From contig CBDFLE010000005.1 in NCBI GenBank assembly GCA_965248925.1, forward strand, positions 416,001-480,000: a DNA stretch of 64,000 bases. Direction: 5' to 3'. A program made the position numbers and the translations under genes. Shown here piece by piece: positions 40,697-49,677 of this stretch (the stretch's first letter is position 1; each line of letters starts with the position of its first letter). Below the pieces are notes generated by a model that was not told the DNA's origin, made no database searches, and saw only the letters and a list, made by a program, of their open reading frames with translations. Origin of the DNA: Candidatus Multivoradales bacterium (GTDB taxonomy: Bacteria > Acidobacteriota > Thermoanaerobaculia > Multivoradales > J023).

Positions 40697-41299
40697 ATGG
40701 GAATGACCGTATTCGCAGAGTTGCCGCTGACGCCTTCTGGTCACCTCGGCCCCTACCGTCGGGCTGACTACGCCCGATTGCCGGACGAGCCACGCTGTGA
40801 GTTGATTTACGGGAGGCTGTATTTGAGTCCTAGTCCACTGTTGTTGCATCAGGTGATTGTTGCCGAGATCTGGCGCAGATTGCACGAAGTTGCTACTGCC
40901 ACTGGCGGTCTAGCGGCTTTGGCGCCGTTAGACGTACACCTCGCCGACCATTCCGTTGTGCAGCCAGATGTGCTCTACGTGGCGCCGGAAAACCGCGCCA
41001 TCTTGCAAGACTGGATCGAGGGCAACCCAGATCTGAGTGTCGAGGTGCTGTCGCCGGGTACCGCTCGCCGCGACCGCGGCGAGAAGCTCAAGCTCTATGC
41101 TGAAAGCGGCGTCCGGGAATATTGGATTGTCGACCCCGCGGAGCGGCAGATCGAGTTCTTCACCTTGCGCGGTGACGAGTTCGTCGTCGCCCTGCCGGCA
41201 GGCCAGACTTACCGCTCGCGGGTTCTGCCGGAGATTGAGTTCGATCTGGTCGATTTCTGGCGCAGCATCGAGCTAACGCTTCCCCGCAGCGTCGATTAG
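40697..41299 (+). CDS. Uma2-family endonuclease-like protein
   Basis: 'ELIYG..SPSP...HQ', 'VQPDV', 'PDLSVEVLSP', 'KLYAESGVREYWIVDP'. Confidence 0.9.
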   Translation: MGMTVFAELPLTPSGHLGPYRRADYARLPDEPRCELIYGRLYLSPSPLLLHQVIVAEIWRRLHEVATATGGLAALAPLDVHLADHSVVQPDVLYVAPENRAILQDWIEGNPDLSVEVLSPGTARRDRGEKLKLYAESGVREYWIVDPAERQIEFFTLRGDEFVVALPAGQTYRSRVLPEIEFDLVDFWRSIELTLPRSVD

Positions 41300-42835
41300 T
41301 ACTTTAAGATCCTCCTCCATGTCGCCGACCGAGTATCTTCGACCGCCTGCGGCTGACGCATGGTCGTGCGCTCTAATCATGGTGGAGCAGCGCCTCCAAC
41401 CCTCATGTGCGGTTTCCCCCAGCTGCTGCGTGTAGGTGACTTTGGGAAGCGCTCCCACCATCACGTTCCGCTCAAGTCGCCGAACGACACTGGCAAAAAG
41501 ACGCTCCTCGATAAATCGTTCCCATGTACTGCGCAAGCGTTCGTAGAAGTCTCGTCCTTTACTACGAAGGGCATCAACGTCCCCATTCTTTGACGCCTTT
41601 CCTGCGGCGTCAAGGATAATCTTGAGGAGATTTATCCGTTTATTCACGTTGCTGGCACCGAAGGGTACTTCAGCCTCTACAAAACCGACTGCATCATCGG
41701 TCGCTATCAGTGTTCGAAACTGACAATCAACGGTCTGAATTTTCTTGGCCTGCTCTCGTAGGTCGGCTAAGAACGCCAAGTCGTGAGTGAAGACGATGAC
41801 TTGGCGTTCTTTTGAAGCTCTAACAAGCCTGCGGGCGACGTGCTCGCGGACGCTGTGGTCAAGTGACGAGACAGGGTCATCGAAGATCAGTCCGGACGGA
41901 TCTTCACCCAACTGAAGCTCGGCAAGAAAGCAGGCCAGAGCTATAACCGTCCGTTCGCCTTCACTGAAAACTCTAGCCGCCTGGATATGTTTTAGTTTGG
42001 CGCTTACCAAAGGAGTAATCTCTACTCTTCCTTTTCTTGTTTTCTGGCCAAGCACCGGTGTTTGGCGGCGGAAGTGAAGAGATCGATACTCATTTTCGAG
42101 AGACGCTTCAAAACGACTCGTTATGTGCTTCCTGTGGAGCTTTGTTACCTTGCTCGAAGCAGCATGCGTATTGATGTTTTCGTATATATCCTTGAGGCGC
42201 TGTTGCTCTTTAGTCAGCTTGACGAAGTTCTCTGCAGCCTCGAGAGACTCTGATAGTTTTCTTCGAGTCATAAGATCAAGGTGCCTCATCTCAAGTTCTT
42301 TAAGTCGCAGCGCGGCTTCGGTGTCGCTATCCGGTAGAGCTTGTAGTTCCTTCTTTGTCGATCGATACTTGACACGAAGCATTTCCAAGGGAGTGCCGTC
42401 GATCTCGGGTAAGGGGCCAATCTTTGCCCCCTCCTGCTGGATAGAAAGGATCGCGTCCCTGCGAGCCGCAAGGGCTTTCATCAACTGGCGTATGTATTGT
42501 GGGAGGTGCTCGTCGGAGGAAACTATGGCTCTGTCTCCATCTGTGATCGAATCTGGAATATCATGAAGGCTATCGGCCAGTGACTTCAGCTGTTGGGCTG
42601 CTTTCTGTTGTGCCTCTGCGGCGGTCCCTTCCAGGTGCTGTTGGAACTTCGTTAGACGAGTAGCTGCTGCGTTGTCGAGGTCTTGCCAGCACAGAACGCA
42701 ACGCCCGTTTACGGACAAGGGCGTGCTGGACTCTGCTGTGTAGTCGAGAGAAACTACGAATTTACCCGCTGCTTCCAATAAGTCGAGCCAGACTCTGCCA
42801 CCAATCAAATCGGTTTGTATGGTTGAATCTCCGAT

Positions 42836-44108
42836 CACTGCTGTCCCGTTAACTTCCGACCATTACCAGTTGTCTTTCGTCTAGTCCTGGGATCGGCGGC
42901 GGCTCTCGTTTCAAGAGGGCCATGAGGTCGCGGCGCTCAAAGAGGTTCAATTGAAGGAGGCGCAAGGCCTCCCGTAAACTACTGGAAAGACGGTGCTTGT
43001 GCTTGATGAAAGCGAGCAATAGGTAGACGCACATGGCGATCCAAAGCTGAGTCAGCACGGCGTTGCGGCTGGTGCCGACGAAAGTCTTGATCTTCAGATT
43101 CTGCTTGATCCACTTGAAGAAGAGTTCAATTTGCCAACGTTCGTGGTAGATATCGGCAATGGTCTGAGGTGACAGGCGGAACAGGTTCGTCAAGAAATAG
43201 TAGATCTTGCCGGTCTCAGGGTCGCGATAGCCTACTCTCCGCAGAGGCATCGGGCAGTCACGACACGCCTTCACACCGGTCCATTCGATCGTTTGGTCGC
43301 TCATCAAACCCTTGGAACGATTGACTCTTCGACGTTCGGTCACGCGGTACTTGGCCCCGCGCTTCAGACGGGTCACAAAGAAAAGACCCTTCTCGCTCAG
43401 CTGACGAAACCAGCTGTAGCTGTTGTAACCACGATCACAAGCTACGATGCTTCCTCGTGGCAGCGTCAGGCTCTTGCAGCCCGCGATGTCACCTGTTTTT
43501 CCATCCGAGATCGCAACGAAGGCAGGCAAGTAGCCACCGTGATCCAACCCCACATGCAGCTTGATCGCTCCCTTGGTCGTACGAAACTTCGCCCACGGGA
43601 ATATCGACAGACAAAGGTCTATCACCGAGGCGTCAAGCGAGAACAAGCGGTTCTTGAACCGGAACGTATGCTTGGGCGCCACTGCTTGAGCACGGCCCAG
43701 AAGTCTCCCAAATAGCTCTTCAAAAAGGAGATAGGGCTTCTCTTCGTTGATCCGTGCCAAGTTGGATCGCGACAGGACTCGGCAGCCGAGATGGTAGAGC
43801 TTGTGCCGCTGCGCTCGTAGATTGTCAACGATGTCGCGCAAGCTAGAACGCCCGGACAGCTGGGCCATCATCAGAGCCACCAGCTGCGACCAGCGGCTCG
43901 CAGTGCGGAACTGGCGACCGGCGTGGTGGCGTTTTGCGAGGGCCTCGAATTCATGTCTCGAAATCAGTTGCAGTAGCTGGGCGAAGACGGTGCTATGATG
44001 TGCCAAGGCTCAGATCTCCCTTTGATTCAGCCGTTTAGCGATGACTGATTCTATCAAGACCAGGGAGGTTTGAGCCTATTTTTCTGCGAAGTTAACGGGA
44101 CAGCAGTG
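42836..44108 (-). mobile_element. IS4-family insertion sequence, 1273 bp, apparently intact
   Basis: Perfect 21-bp TIRs CACTGCTGTCCCGTTAACTTC (42836-42856 / 44088-44108); 9-bp TSD ATCTCCGAT (42827-42835 / 44109-44117). Confidence 0.97.
42849..44006 (-). CDS. IS4-family transposase (DUF4372 + DDE)
   Basis: 'STVFAQLL', 'LDASVI', 'DRGY', 'YHERWQIELFFKWIKQ' (YREK-like motif). Confidence 0.95.
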   Translation of the reverse strand: MAHHSTVFAQLLQLISRHEFEALAKRHHAGRQFRTASRWSQLVALMMAQLSGRSSLRDIVDNLRAQRHKLYHLGCRVLSRSNLARINEEKPYLLFEELFGRLLGRAQAVAPKHTFRFKNRLFSLDASVIDLCLSIFPWAKFRTTKGAIKLHVGLDHGGYLPAFVAISDGKTGDIAGCKSLTLPRGSIVACDRGYNSYSWFRQLSEKGLFFVTRLKRGAKYRVTERRRVNRSKGLMSDQTIEWTGVKACRDCPMPLRRVGYRDPETGKIYYFLTNLFRLSPQTIADIYHERWQIELFFKWIKQNLKIKTFVGTSRNAVLTQLWIAMCVYLLLAFIKHKHRLSSSLREALRLLQLNLFERRDLMALLKREPPPIPGLDERQLVMVGS

Positions 44109-45317
44109 ATCTCCGATAGTCTCTACTGCCCGCAAGGCCGCGTCTGCCATGGCGAGTGCTGAAGTAGCTGATAGCATGGCTTCATGCTGTGATTGTCCGA
44201 CTGTTGTCTCCCACTTAGCAATCCGCTTGGCGAGTGACTCTAGAGCGTTCATCTGTGCTTGTAGCTGTTCTCGTCGTAGAGACCGCGTGTGAAGTCTTGC
44301 TTTTGCGATAGATTTATCTAAGGTTTCAATCTCACGAGAGTCGTCCGAGTTCCACTGGGCAATCTCAGCCAAAGAGGAGAGTGTGGTTTCCGGCGATAGG
44401 TCGCGGACGAACCTGCCTGTAACTGTGTCGTTCTCCAGATTCTGTAGTGAATCCTTCTTAGGAGATGCAGCGCGGACAGCATCTGCGATGCTGTGTTTCA
44501 CGCGGTCAAGATCTTTTACGAAATTGGGAACCACGTCGAGACCGGCAGGCCCCTCGCCTAGACCGCCGCCGTGAAGGTATGAACGTGCGCATGCGCTGTC
44601 TAGGACTGCGAATTTGCCGACGGCAGATATCGGCGTCCCATCCTTCCATTCCACTGATTGTATACTTCCATCAGGCTCTTCGACGACAAATACAGCTTGT
44701 GCCGGAACTGACTGGCGGTTCTCCGCTCGGACATTTCCGAGAATATCTTCAGTCACTCGTGCTCTGTAGGCTTTCTTCAGAACTCGTGCATAGCCGGACT
44801 TGCCTGATCCATTATCGCCGTAAACTACAGTCAACTGCGGGCCAAAGGTAAGCTGCTGATCTCCTCGGAGGGCGTTGACATTTCTGAGGCTGTTCAGCTC
44901 GAGAAGAAGCATGCGATCTTCCACAGCAGCAGTAGATGGGAAATCGTCAACAGTGAGTGTTTCGTACTGTGGGGAGACTTGCTCTAGCTTTGCTACCGCA
45001 GAAATTGCTAGTTCTTCGATATCCTCGGATGAGAGAGTCTCGGAACGCAGCAAGCGCCTCAGCATTTCCTGCTGCCAGAGTGGCAGTTTCTTCCCCCAGT
45101 ACAGAATGTCACGATATACTTCGCGAGAGCAAATTTGGCTCCGGCTCTAATTGTTCTACTATTGCTCACGATTCGAATCTCCTAGACTCTTCAATGACGT
45201 TCTAGTTGCCGATTTCGTTGTGATGTTGCTCGCAGTTGGAACTAATTCAATTTGAACGATTGCGAAATCTGTTAGTTGCAGTCGCGGGATCGCTTAGAGT
45301 GGTTGATGCGGAGAATG

Positions 45318-46472
45318 CTAGCTACCCGTCCCCACTTGATGCAAATGCACATCCGCCTGCGGGAAGGGGATGGCGATGCCGTGGTCGTTGAAAGCCTTGT
45401 AGACTGCCAAGTTGAGTTCGTGCAGCAGGCGTCCGCGCAGCACCGGCTCTTCGATCCAGCAAAGCAGCTCGAAATCCAGGCAGGAGTCGCCGAAACCGCG
45501 CATGCGGACCCTCGGTGAGGGTTCGTTGAGCACCTCGGGGTGATCAATGGCGACTTGCTCTAGCACTCTACAGACTTGCTCAAGATCGGAGCCGTAGGCG
45601 CAGCCTATCTTGACCCGGATGCGCTCCCACTCCGAGTGGCCGCCAGATTCGTTGATGATCTTGGCGTTGGCCATCGCCGCGTTGGGTGAGGTGATCTCGA
45701 TGTCGTCGCGGGTCAAGATGCGGGTTGAGCGGATGCCGACATGGGTGACCATGCCCCGTTCGCCGGAAGGCAAGATGATGAAGTCGCCCAGCTTGTAGGG
45801 GGCGTCGGCGACGATGAAGAAACCACCGAAGAGATTGGCCAAGGTGTCTTTGGCGGCAAAACCGACCGCCAAGCCGAGCACGCCGGCTGAGGCTAGCAGG
45901 GCGGTTGGATCTTTACCCCAGATCTTGACGATGGAGTAGCTGGCGGTGGCCAGAACCAGCATCTTGCCGATGATGTCGAAGAGGGGGATGGTGCGTTCTT
46001 CGACCAGTGGGAAACGCTCGTGATTGCGGGCCAAAGCGGCAAGAACCAGGCGCAGCACGCGAAAACCGGCAACTAGCCAGGAGAGGGAGAGCAGGGTCCA
46101 AAGTACCGCGACTACACCGGTGGAAAAGCCGTCGGGCATCTCGATGCTGCGGGTCGCCAAGGTCAAGCCGTAGTAGAAGACGGTCTGAAAAACCGGCCGC
46201 TTGATGATCTCTAACACCCGATCGTCGAGGTCGGTCTCGGTACGCTCGGTGAGCTTGGTCAGCAGTCGATCGCAGATGATTTGCACCACCTTGGCGGCGA
46301 TGAAGAAGGCGACGACGATCAAAACCGGCTCCAGCCAGGGGATCTCCTGGATCTTCAGCCAAATCTCCGCCAGCGACTCGGGAAACCACTCCGGTAGCTC
46401 GGGGGGAACAGTCTCTAGCGCGTTCTCGGCCTGATCGGTAGTCTGTTCAGCGGTGGCTGTCGGCTCTTGCAT
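45318..46472 (-). CDS. mscS: Small-conductance mechanosensitive channel family protein
   Basis: 'GLAVGFAAKDTLANLFGG', 'GDFI', 'GIRSTRI', 'IAIPFPQ'. Confidence 0.92.
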   Translation of the reverse strand: MQEPTATAEQTTDQAENALETVPPELPEWFPESLAEIWLKIQEIPWLEPVLIVVAFFIAAKVVQIICDRLLTKLTERTETDLDDRVLEIIKRPVFQTVFYYGLTLATRSIEMPDGFSTGVVAVLWTLLSLSWLVAGFRVLRLVLAALARNHERFPLVEERTIPLFDIIGKMLVLATASYSIVKIWGKDPTALLASAGVLGLAVGFAAKDTLANLFGGFFIVADAPYKLGDFIILPSGERGMVTHVGIRSTRILTRDDIEITSPNAAMANAKIINESGGHSEWERIRVKIGCAYGSDLEQVCRVLEQVAIDHPEVLNEPSPRVRMRGFGDSCLDFELLCWIEEPVLRGRLLHELNLAVYKAFNDHGIAIPFPQADVHLHQVGTGS

Positions 46473-46543
46473 GGTTTGGCGGTTCTCCTGACCCGCGGCG
46501 CGCGAGCCGTAGCAATTCGGAATCTGACCTGGGAAAGGTGATT

Positions 46544-48364
46544 CTACCCCTCGGCGACGGTGGATGGGGAGGGAATGAGTCGCGGTGCCGGCCGGTCGCC
46601 GGTGATTCCCCAGACCAACCTATCAATGCCGAAATCGTCAATGCCGCCACGCAGGTCGACCCAAGTGAATTGAGTCAGGAAGAGGGGCAGCTGGGGATCT
46701 CGGGCGGCGCCTGGGAGCAGCACAGGGATCACTGGCAGGCCGCGCCGAACGACTTCTGACAGCGAAGCGCGCATTTCTGGAATCTCCCACGGACCGAGAC
46801 CGTCTGGGCCGACGATCACCGCTGAACTACGCACGGTCTGGATGATCTCCTCGAGAGCCTCCTGCCATGGCTGGCCAGGCTCTAGCTCCCAGATGTCGAG
46901 CCAGGGGCGTAGCTGACGCTCCTTGAGCGCTTCGGCGAGAATGATGACCTGTGCCTTGTCGCGACTCGAATGGCTGAGGAAGCTATCGAAAGCGTCTGCC
47001 GCCATAGGTTCGGTGGAGAAACCACCCGTGCCCGGACGATGTTCCAACGCCGAGCCCACTCCCCGCTGGGGCAATGGCCGATGCGGCCTGCGGCGGCGAC
47101 GCTCGAGTACCAGCAACGAGGCGGTCATCAACACAATCGCCGCCAGCGGATAGGCCAAGTCCACCCAGATTCGCCCCCAGCGCATGGCCAAGATCGCCGC
47201 CGCCGTGGCTGCTGCTGCCAACTGCGTCGCTCGCACCAGCAAACGGCGCGGCCCAGCGCCGCGAGCATAGTGCAAAGCCAAGAGGTAGCAGAGCAGGAAG
47301 AGCAAGGGGAAGCACCAGCTCTTGGGTAGGTAGCGGAAAGTGTTGCCAGTGCGTAGGGTTTGCGCCGCCCAAGCGTGAACTTCGACCCCCTGGGCCGGGC
47401 CCCAGGGAGTGTCTACCCGATCGTCGGGAGAATCGGTGCCGAGCAACACAAAGCGACCACGCAGGCGGCTCCAATCGAGCTGCTGGAGGCTGAGCACCGG
47501 CACGCCACCGCTGGGTCGATGGAAGCGTAGCAGCGGTCCTGGCGGGCTGGGCGGTGGTGGACCGCCATTCAGCATCGTTGCCAGGCGGTTGCTCAGCGAA
47601 ACCCCATCGTCGAGCCGCTGCGTTACCATGCGTACCTTCAGGTCAGCTTCGCGATAGCCGCTGAGGTCGCCGAGACGGGATTCCAAGAGCAGCGGCCGCA
47701 AGCTCTTGTGCGGCTGTTGGCGTACCCAGCGGTCCTCTTGCCGCATCCGTCGGTAGCCGAAGATCACCGGCATGTCGGCCTTTTCGGCCTCTTGTAACAC
47801 ATGCCGCAGCAGTGCGTCCGATAGGGTCTTTCGTTCGAGGTAGTAGTCCAGAGCCAGGCCGCGAACACCGTGGTCGACCGCTTGCTGGATGATCTGCGCC
47901 AGGGTGCGTCGGAACTCGGCGAGGTTCTGGTCGCGCTTGAAGGGGAGGGTCAGCACCACCAGATCATCGAGCGGAGGCATCTTTGGCGCCACCCGATAGT
48001 GCCAATCACCGAGGAAGTTCAATCCCAGATGTCGTCTTGGCTCTTGCTCACCGAAAGTGCCTTGCAACTCGCGTTTGCCGGTCAAGAGGTCGCCGCTGGT
48101 GGCCACCGCCAGCAGCAGACAGAAGGTGAGGAAGAAGACCAAGAAGCCGTTGCCCAAGGCGCGGGGGCTGTCGCGTCGTGCCCAGTACCAGAGTACCGCC
48201 GAGCCTAGCGCTAGAGGCGACAGCAGGAGCAGTGCTTGGCCGGGTTGCTGCCACAGCGGGGCGACGCGGCGTTGTAACAAGACATCTACCGCCAGCGCGG
48301 GCAGCGCCAGCAAGAGCAGGCGAACCAGGTCGAGGCGCAGCCAAGCGAGTAGTGAACGTTGCAA
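46544..48364 (-). CDS. Membrane receptor: N-terminal TMs + CHASE2 domain + 3 TMs + C-terminal TIR domain
   Basis: CHASE2-like 'LALDYYL...DALL', 'LRGRFVLLG..DRVDTPWG...GVEVHA' followed by 3 TMs; TIR 'FDSFLSHSSRDK...WLDIWELEPGQPW...GPWEIPEM...VIPVLL'; start placed at TTG 48364, just after the upstream stop. Confidence 0.85.
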   Translation of the reverse strand: MQRSLLAWLRLDLVRLLLLALPALAVDVLLQRRVAPLWQQPGQALLLLSPLALGSAVLWYWARRDSPRALGNGFLVFFLTFCLLLAVATSGDLLTGKRELQGTFGEQEPRRHLGLNFLGDWHYRVAPKMPPLDDLVVLTLPFKRDQNLAEFRRTLAQIIQQAVDHGVRGLALDYYLERKTLSDALLRHVLQEAEKADMPVIFGYRRMRQEDRWVRQQPHKSLRPLLLESRLGDLSGYREADLKVRMVTQRLDDGVSLSNRLATMLNGGPPPPSPPGPLLRFHRPSGGVPVLSLQQLDWSRLRGRFVLLGTDSPDDRVDTPWGPAQGVEVHAWAAQTLRTGNTFRYLPKSWCFPLLFLLCYLLALHYARGAGPRRLLVRATQLAAAATAAAILAMRWGRIWVDLAYPLAAIVLMTASLLVLERRRRRPHRPLPQRGVGSALEHRPGTGGFSTEPMAADAFDSFLSHSSRDKAQVIILAEALKERQLRPWLDIWELEPGQPWQEALEEIIQTVRSSAVIVGPDGLGPWEIPEMRASLSEVVRRGLPVIPVLLPGAARDPQLPLFLTQFTWVDLRGGIDDFGIDRLVWGITGDRPAPRLIPSPSTVAEG

Positions 48365-48365
48365 T

Positions 48366-49616
48366 TCAGCGCGGCAGCTGCAAGTCGTGCAGGATTCGAC
48401 AGATGCGGAGTTCGGCGGCAGGTATCTTCTGCCCCCTCTTGACCAAGCGCAGGGCGCGGCTGGCATACGTCCCGGCGCGGCTATCGGTCCAGCCATCGAC
48501 GCCGCCGTAGGCTTGGGCCAGTCCGCAGTAGACCCGCGCCGTGGGCTCGCGCTTGGCTAGCTTGGTGAGCGCGGTCAAGGCAGCAGAGTAGTTCTGCTGA
48601 TCGAGCAAGGCCCAGGGGTTTGAGGCCAGCGGCTGAGCGAGTACGGCGGTTGGTAGCCGGTAGATCTGCGACTGGAACTGAGCCTTGGGTTGGTAAAGCT
48701 TTTCTTTCTGCGGTTCAGGGATAGCGGCCGGATCGATGCGGTAGCTTCGCAGCTTCACCTCGTCGTCGATCTCTGCTCTCTTCAGATTGTAGATCGCTGC
48801 CTTGCCGATCTTGAGATCGAGCTGAGTTTTGGCCAACTCCGCGCGCCCGGACGGATCGTCGGGCTTGCTGAGCACATTGGCGTGCAGAGCCTTGAGTTGT
48901 TCGATTTTCTGTTGGATGTCTCCCCTTGCAGTTGTGCCTGGGCTGCCTGGGATTTCCTCAGCGAAGTAACTCTTGGCCAGGTCGAGGCGGGCGTAGACTT
49001 TGGCGGCTCGCTGCGAGTGGGTTTTGTTTAGTTTGCCTCGGCTGGACTCCTTGCCATCCCAGCCCCAAGTTTCGCCAGTCTCTATCTGCCGTATCTCAGC
49101 GCTGATGCGTTGATTGTCTCGGTCACGACCCCGAACCCACAACTTGCCGTCGAAGACCGTCACGTTCTCCTGCACTCCACCCTGGGGATCCCGCTCTAGC
49201 CGGACAGCGTATTGGGTGCCTTCAGAGCCCAGCACCATACCGCCGGCGCGGACCTCGGTGGGGGCATCAGTGAGCACATCGAGCTGGCCACCGAGCAAGT
49301 TGACCGCGCAATCGGTCTCGCCGGGCGGGTTGATCAGCACCCGGAAGCGACCGGAAAAACGGAGCAGCGAAGTCTCGCCGCAGGATAGCTCGATGGCGGT
49401 TTCGCTGCTAATACTGCTCAGCAGATCGCCGATCTCCAGCTTGTCACCGAGGGACAACAGCTCAACCTCCGCGAAATCAGCAAACCGTTCAAGGCGTAGG
49501 TCGCTACTCCCTTCCAGCGGGGTGTCGCCGGCAGCCAGTGAGGTGATTTCGGCCTGCGGCCAGGCGGCGGTGGCAAGTAGCAAGCAAAGGGCGGAAAGTG
49601 AAAAATGACGAAGCAC
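48366..49616 (-). CDS. Exported FecR-like domain protein with C-terminal TPR-like helices
   Basis: GGAGG then GTG at 49616; signal peptide; 'GDLL...IEL', 'LGSEGTQYAV', 'VTVFDGKLWV' FecR-like strands. Confidence 0.7.
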   Translation of the reverse strand: MLRHFSLSALCLLLATAAWPQAEITSLAAGDTPLEGSSDLRLERFADFAEVELLSLGDKLEIGDLLSSISSETAIELSCGETSLLRFSGRFRVLINPPGETDCAVNLLGGQLDVLTDAPTEVRAGGMVLGSEGTQYAVRLERDPQGGVQENVTVFDGKLWVRGRDRDNQRISAEIRQIETGETWGWDGKESSRGKLNKTHSQRAAKVYARLDLAKSYFAEEIPGSPGTTARGDIQQKIEQLKALHANVLSKPDDPSGRAELAKTQLDLKIGKAAIYNLKRAEIDDEVKLRSYRIDPAAIPEPQKEKLYQPKAQFQSQIYRLPTAVLAQPLASNPWALLDQQNYSAALTALTKLAKREPTARVYCGLAQAYGGVDGWTDSRAGTYASRALRLVKRGQKIPAAELRICRILHDLQLPR

Positions 49617-49677
49617 GATAAAGACCTCCAGGGTTGAGAGGTGGATGTCCACCGAAGAGTATACGTCTACCGGGCTG

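Larger units (their letters stand above)
41273..45065 (-). pseudogene. RloC/Rad50-like ABC ATPase with zinc hook (~836 aa when rejoined), disrupted by an IS4 element
   Basis: 5' half has Walker A 'GDNGSGKS'; 3' half has 'CVLC' hook, 'FSEGE' signature, 'IFDDPVSSLD', 'FTHDL'; removing the IS plus one TSD joins 'AVETIGD|STIQTD' in frame. Confidence 0.88.

Noticed and set aside
45150-45320. Integron attC or other att site next to the ATPase island
   Set aside because: Only short palindromes (GATTTCG/CGAAATC, TTCAATTTGAA); no proper RYYYAAC...GTTRRRY pair and no integrase
48365-48496. N-terminal extension of the CHASE2-TIR ORF
   Set aside because: It overlaps the end of the FecR-like gene; the TTG at 48364 is a more plausible coupled start
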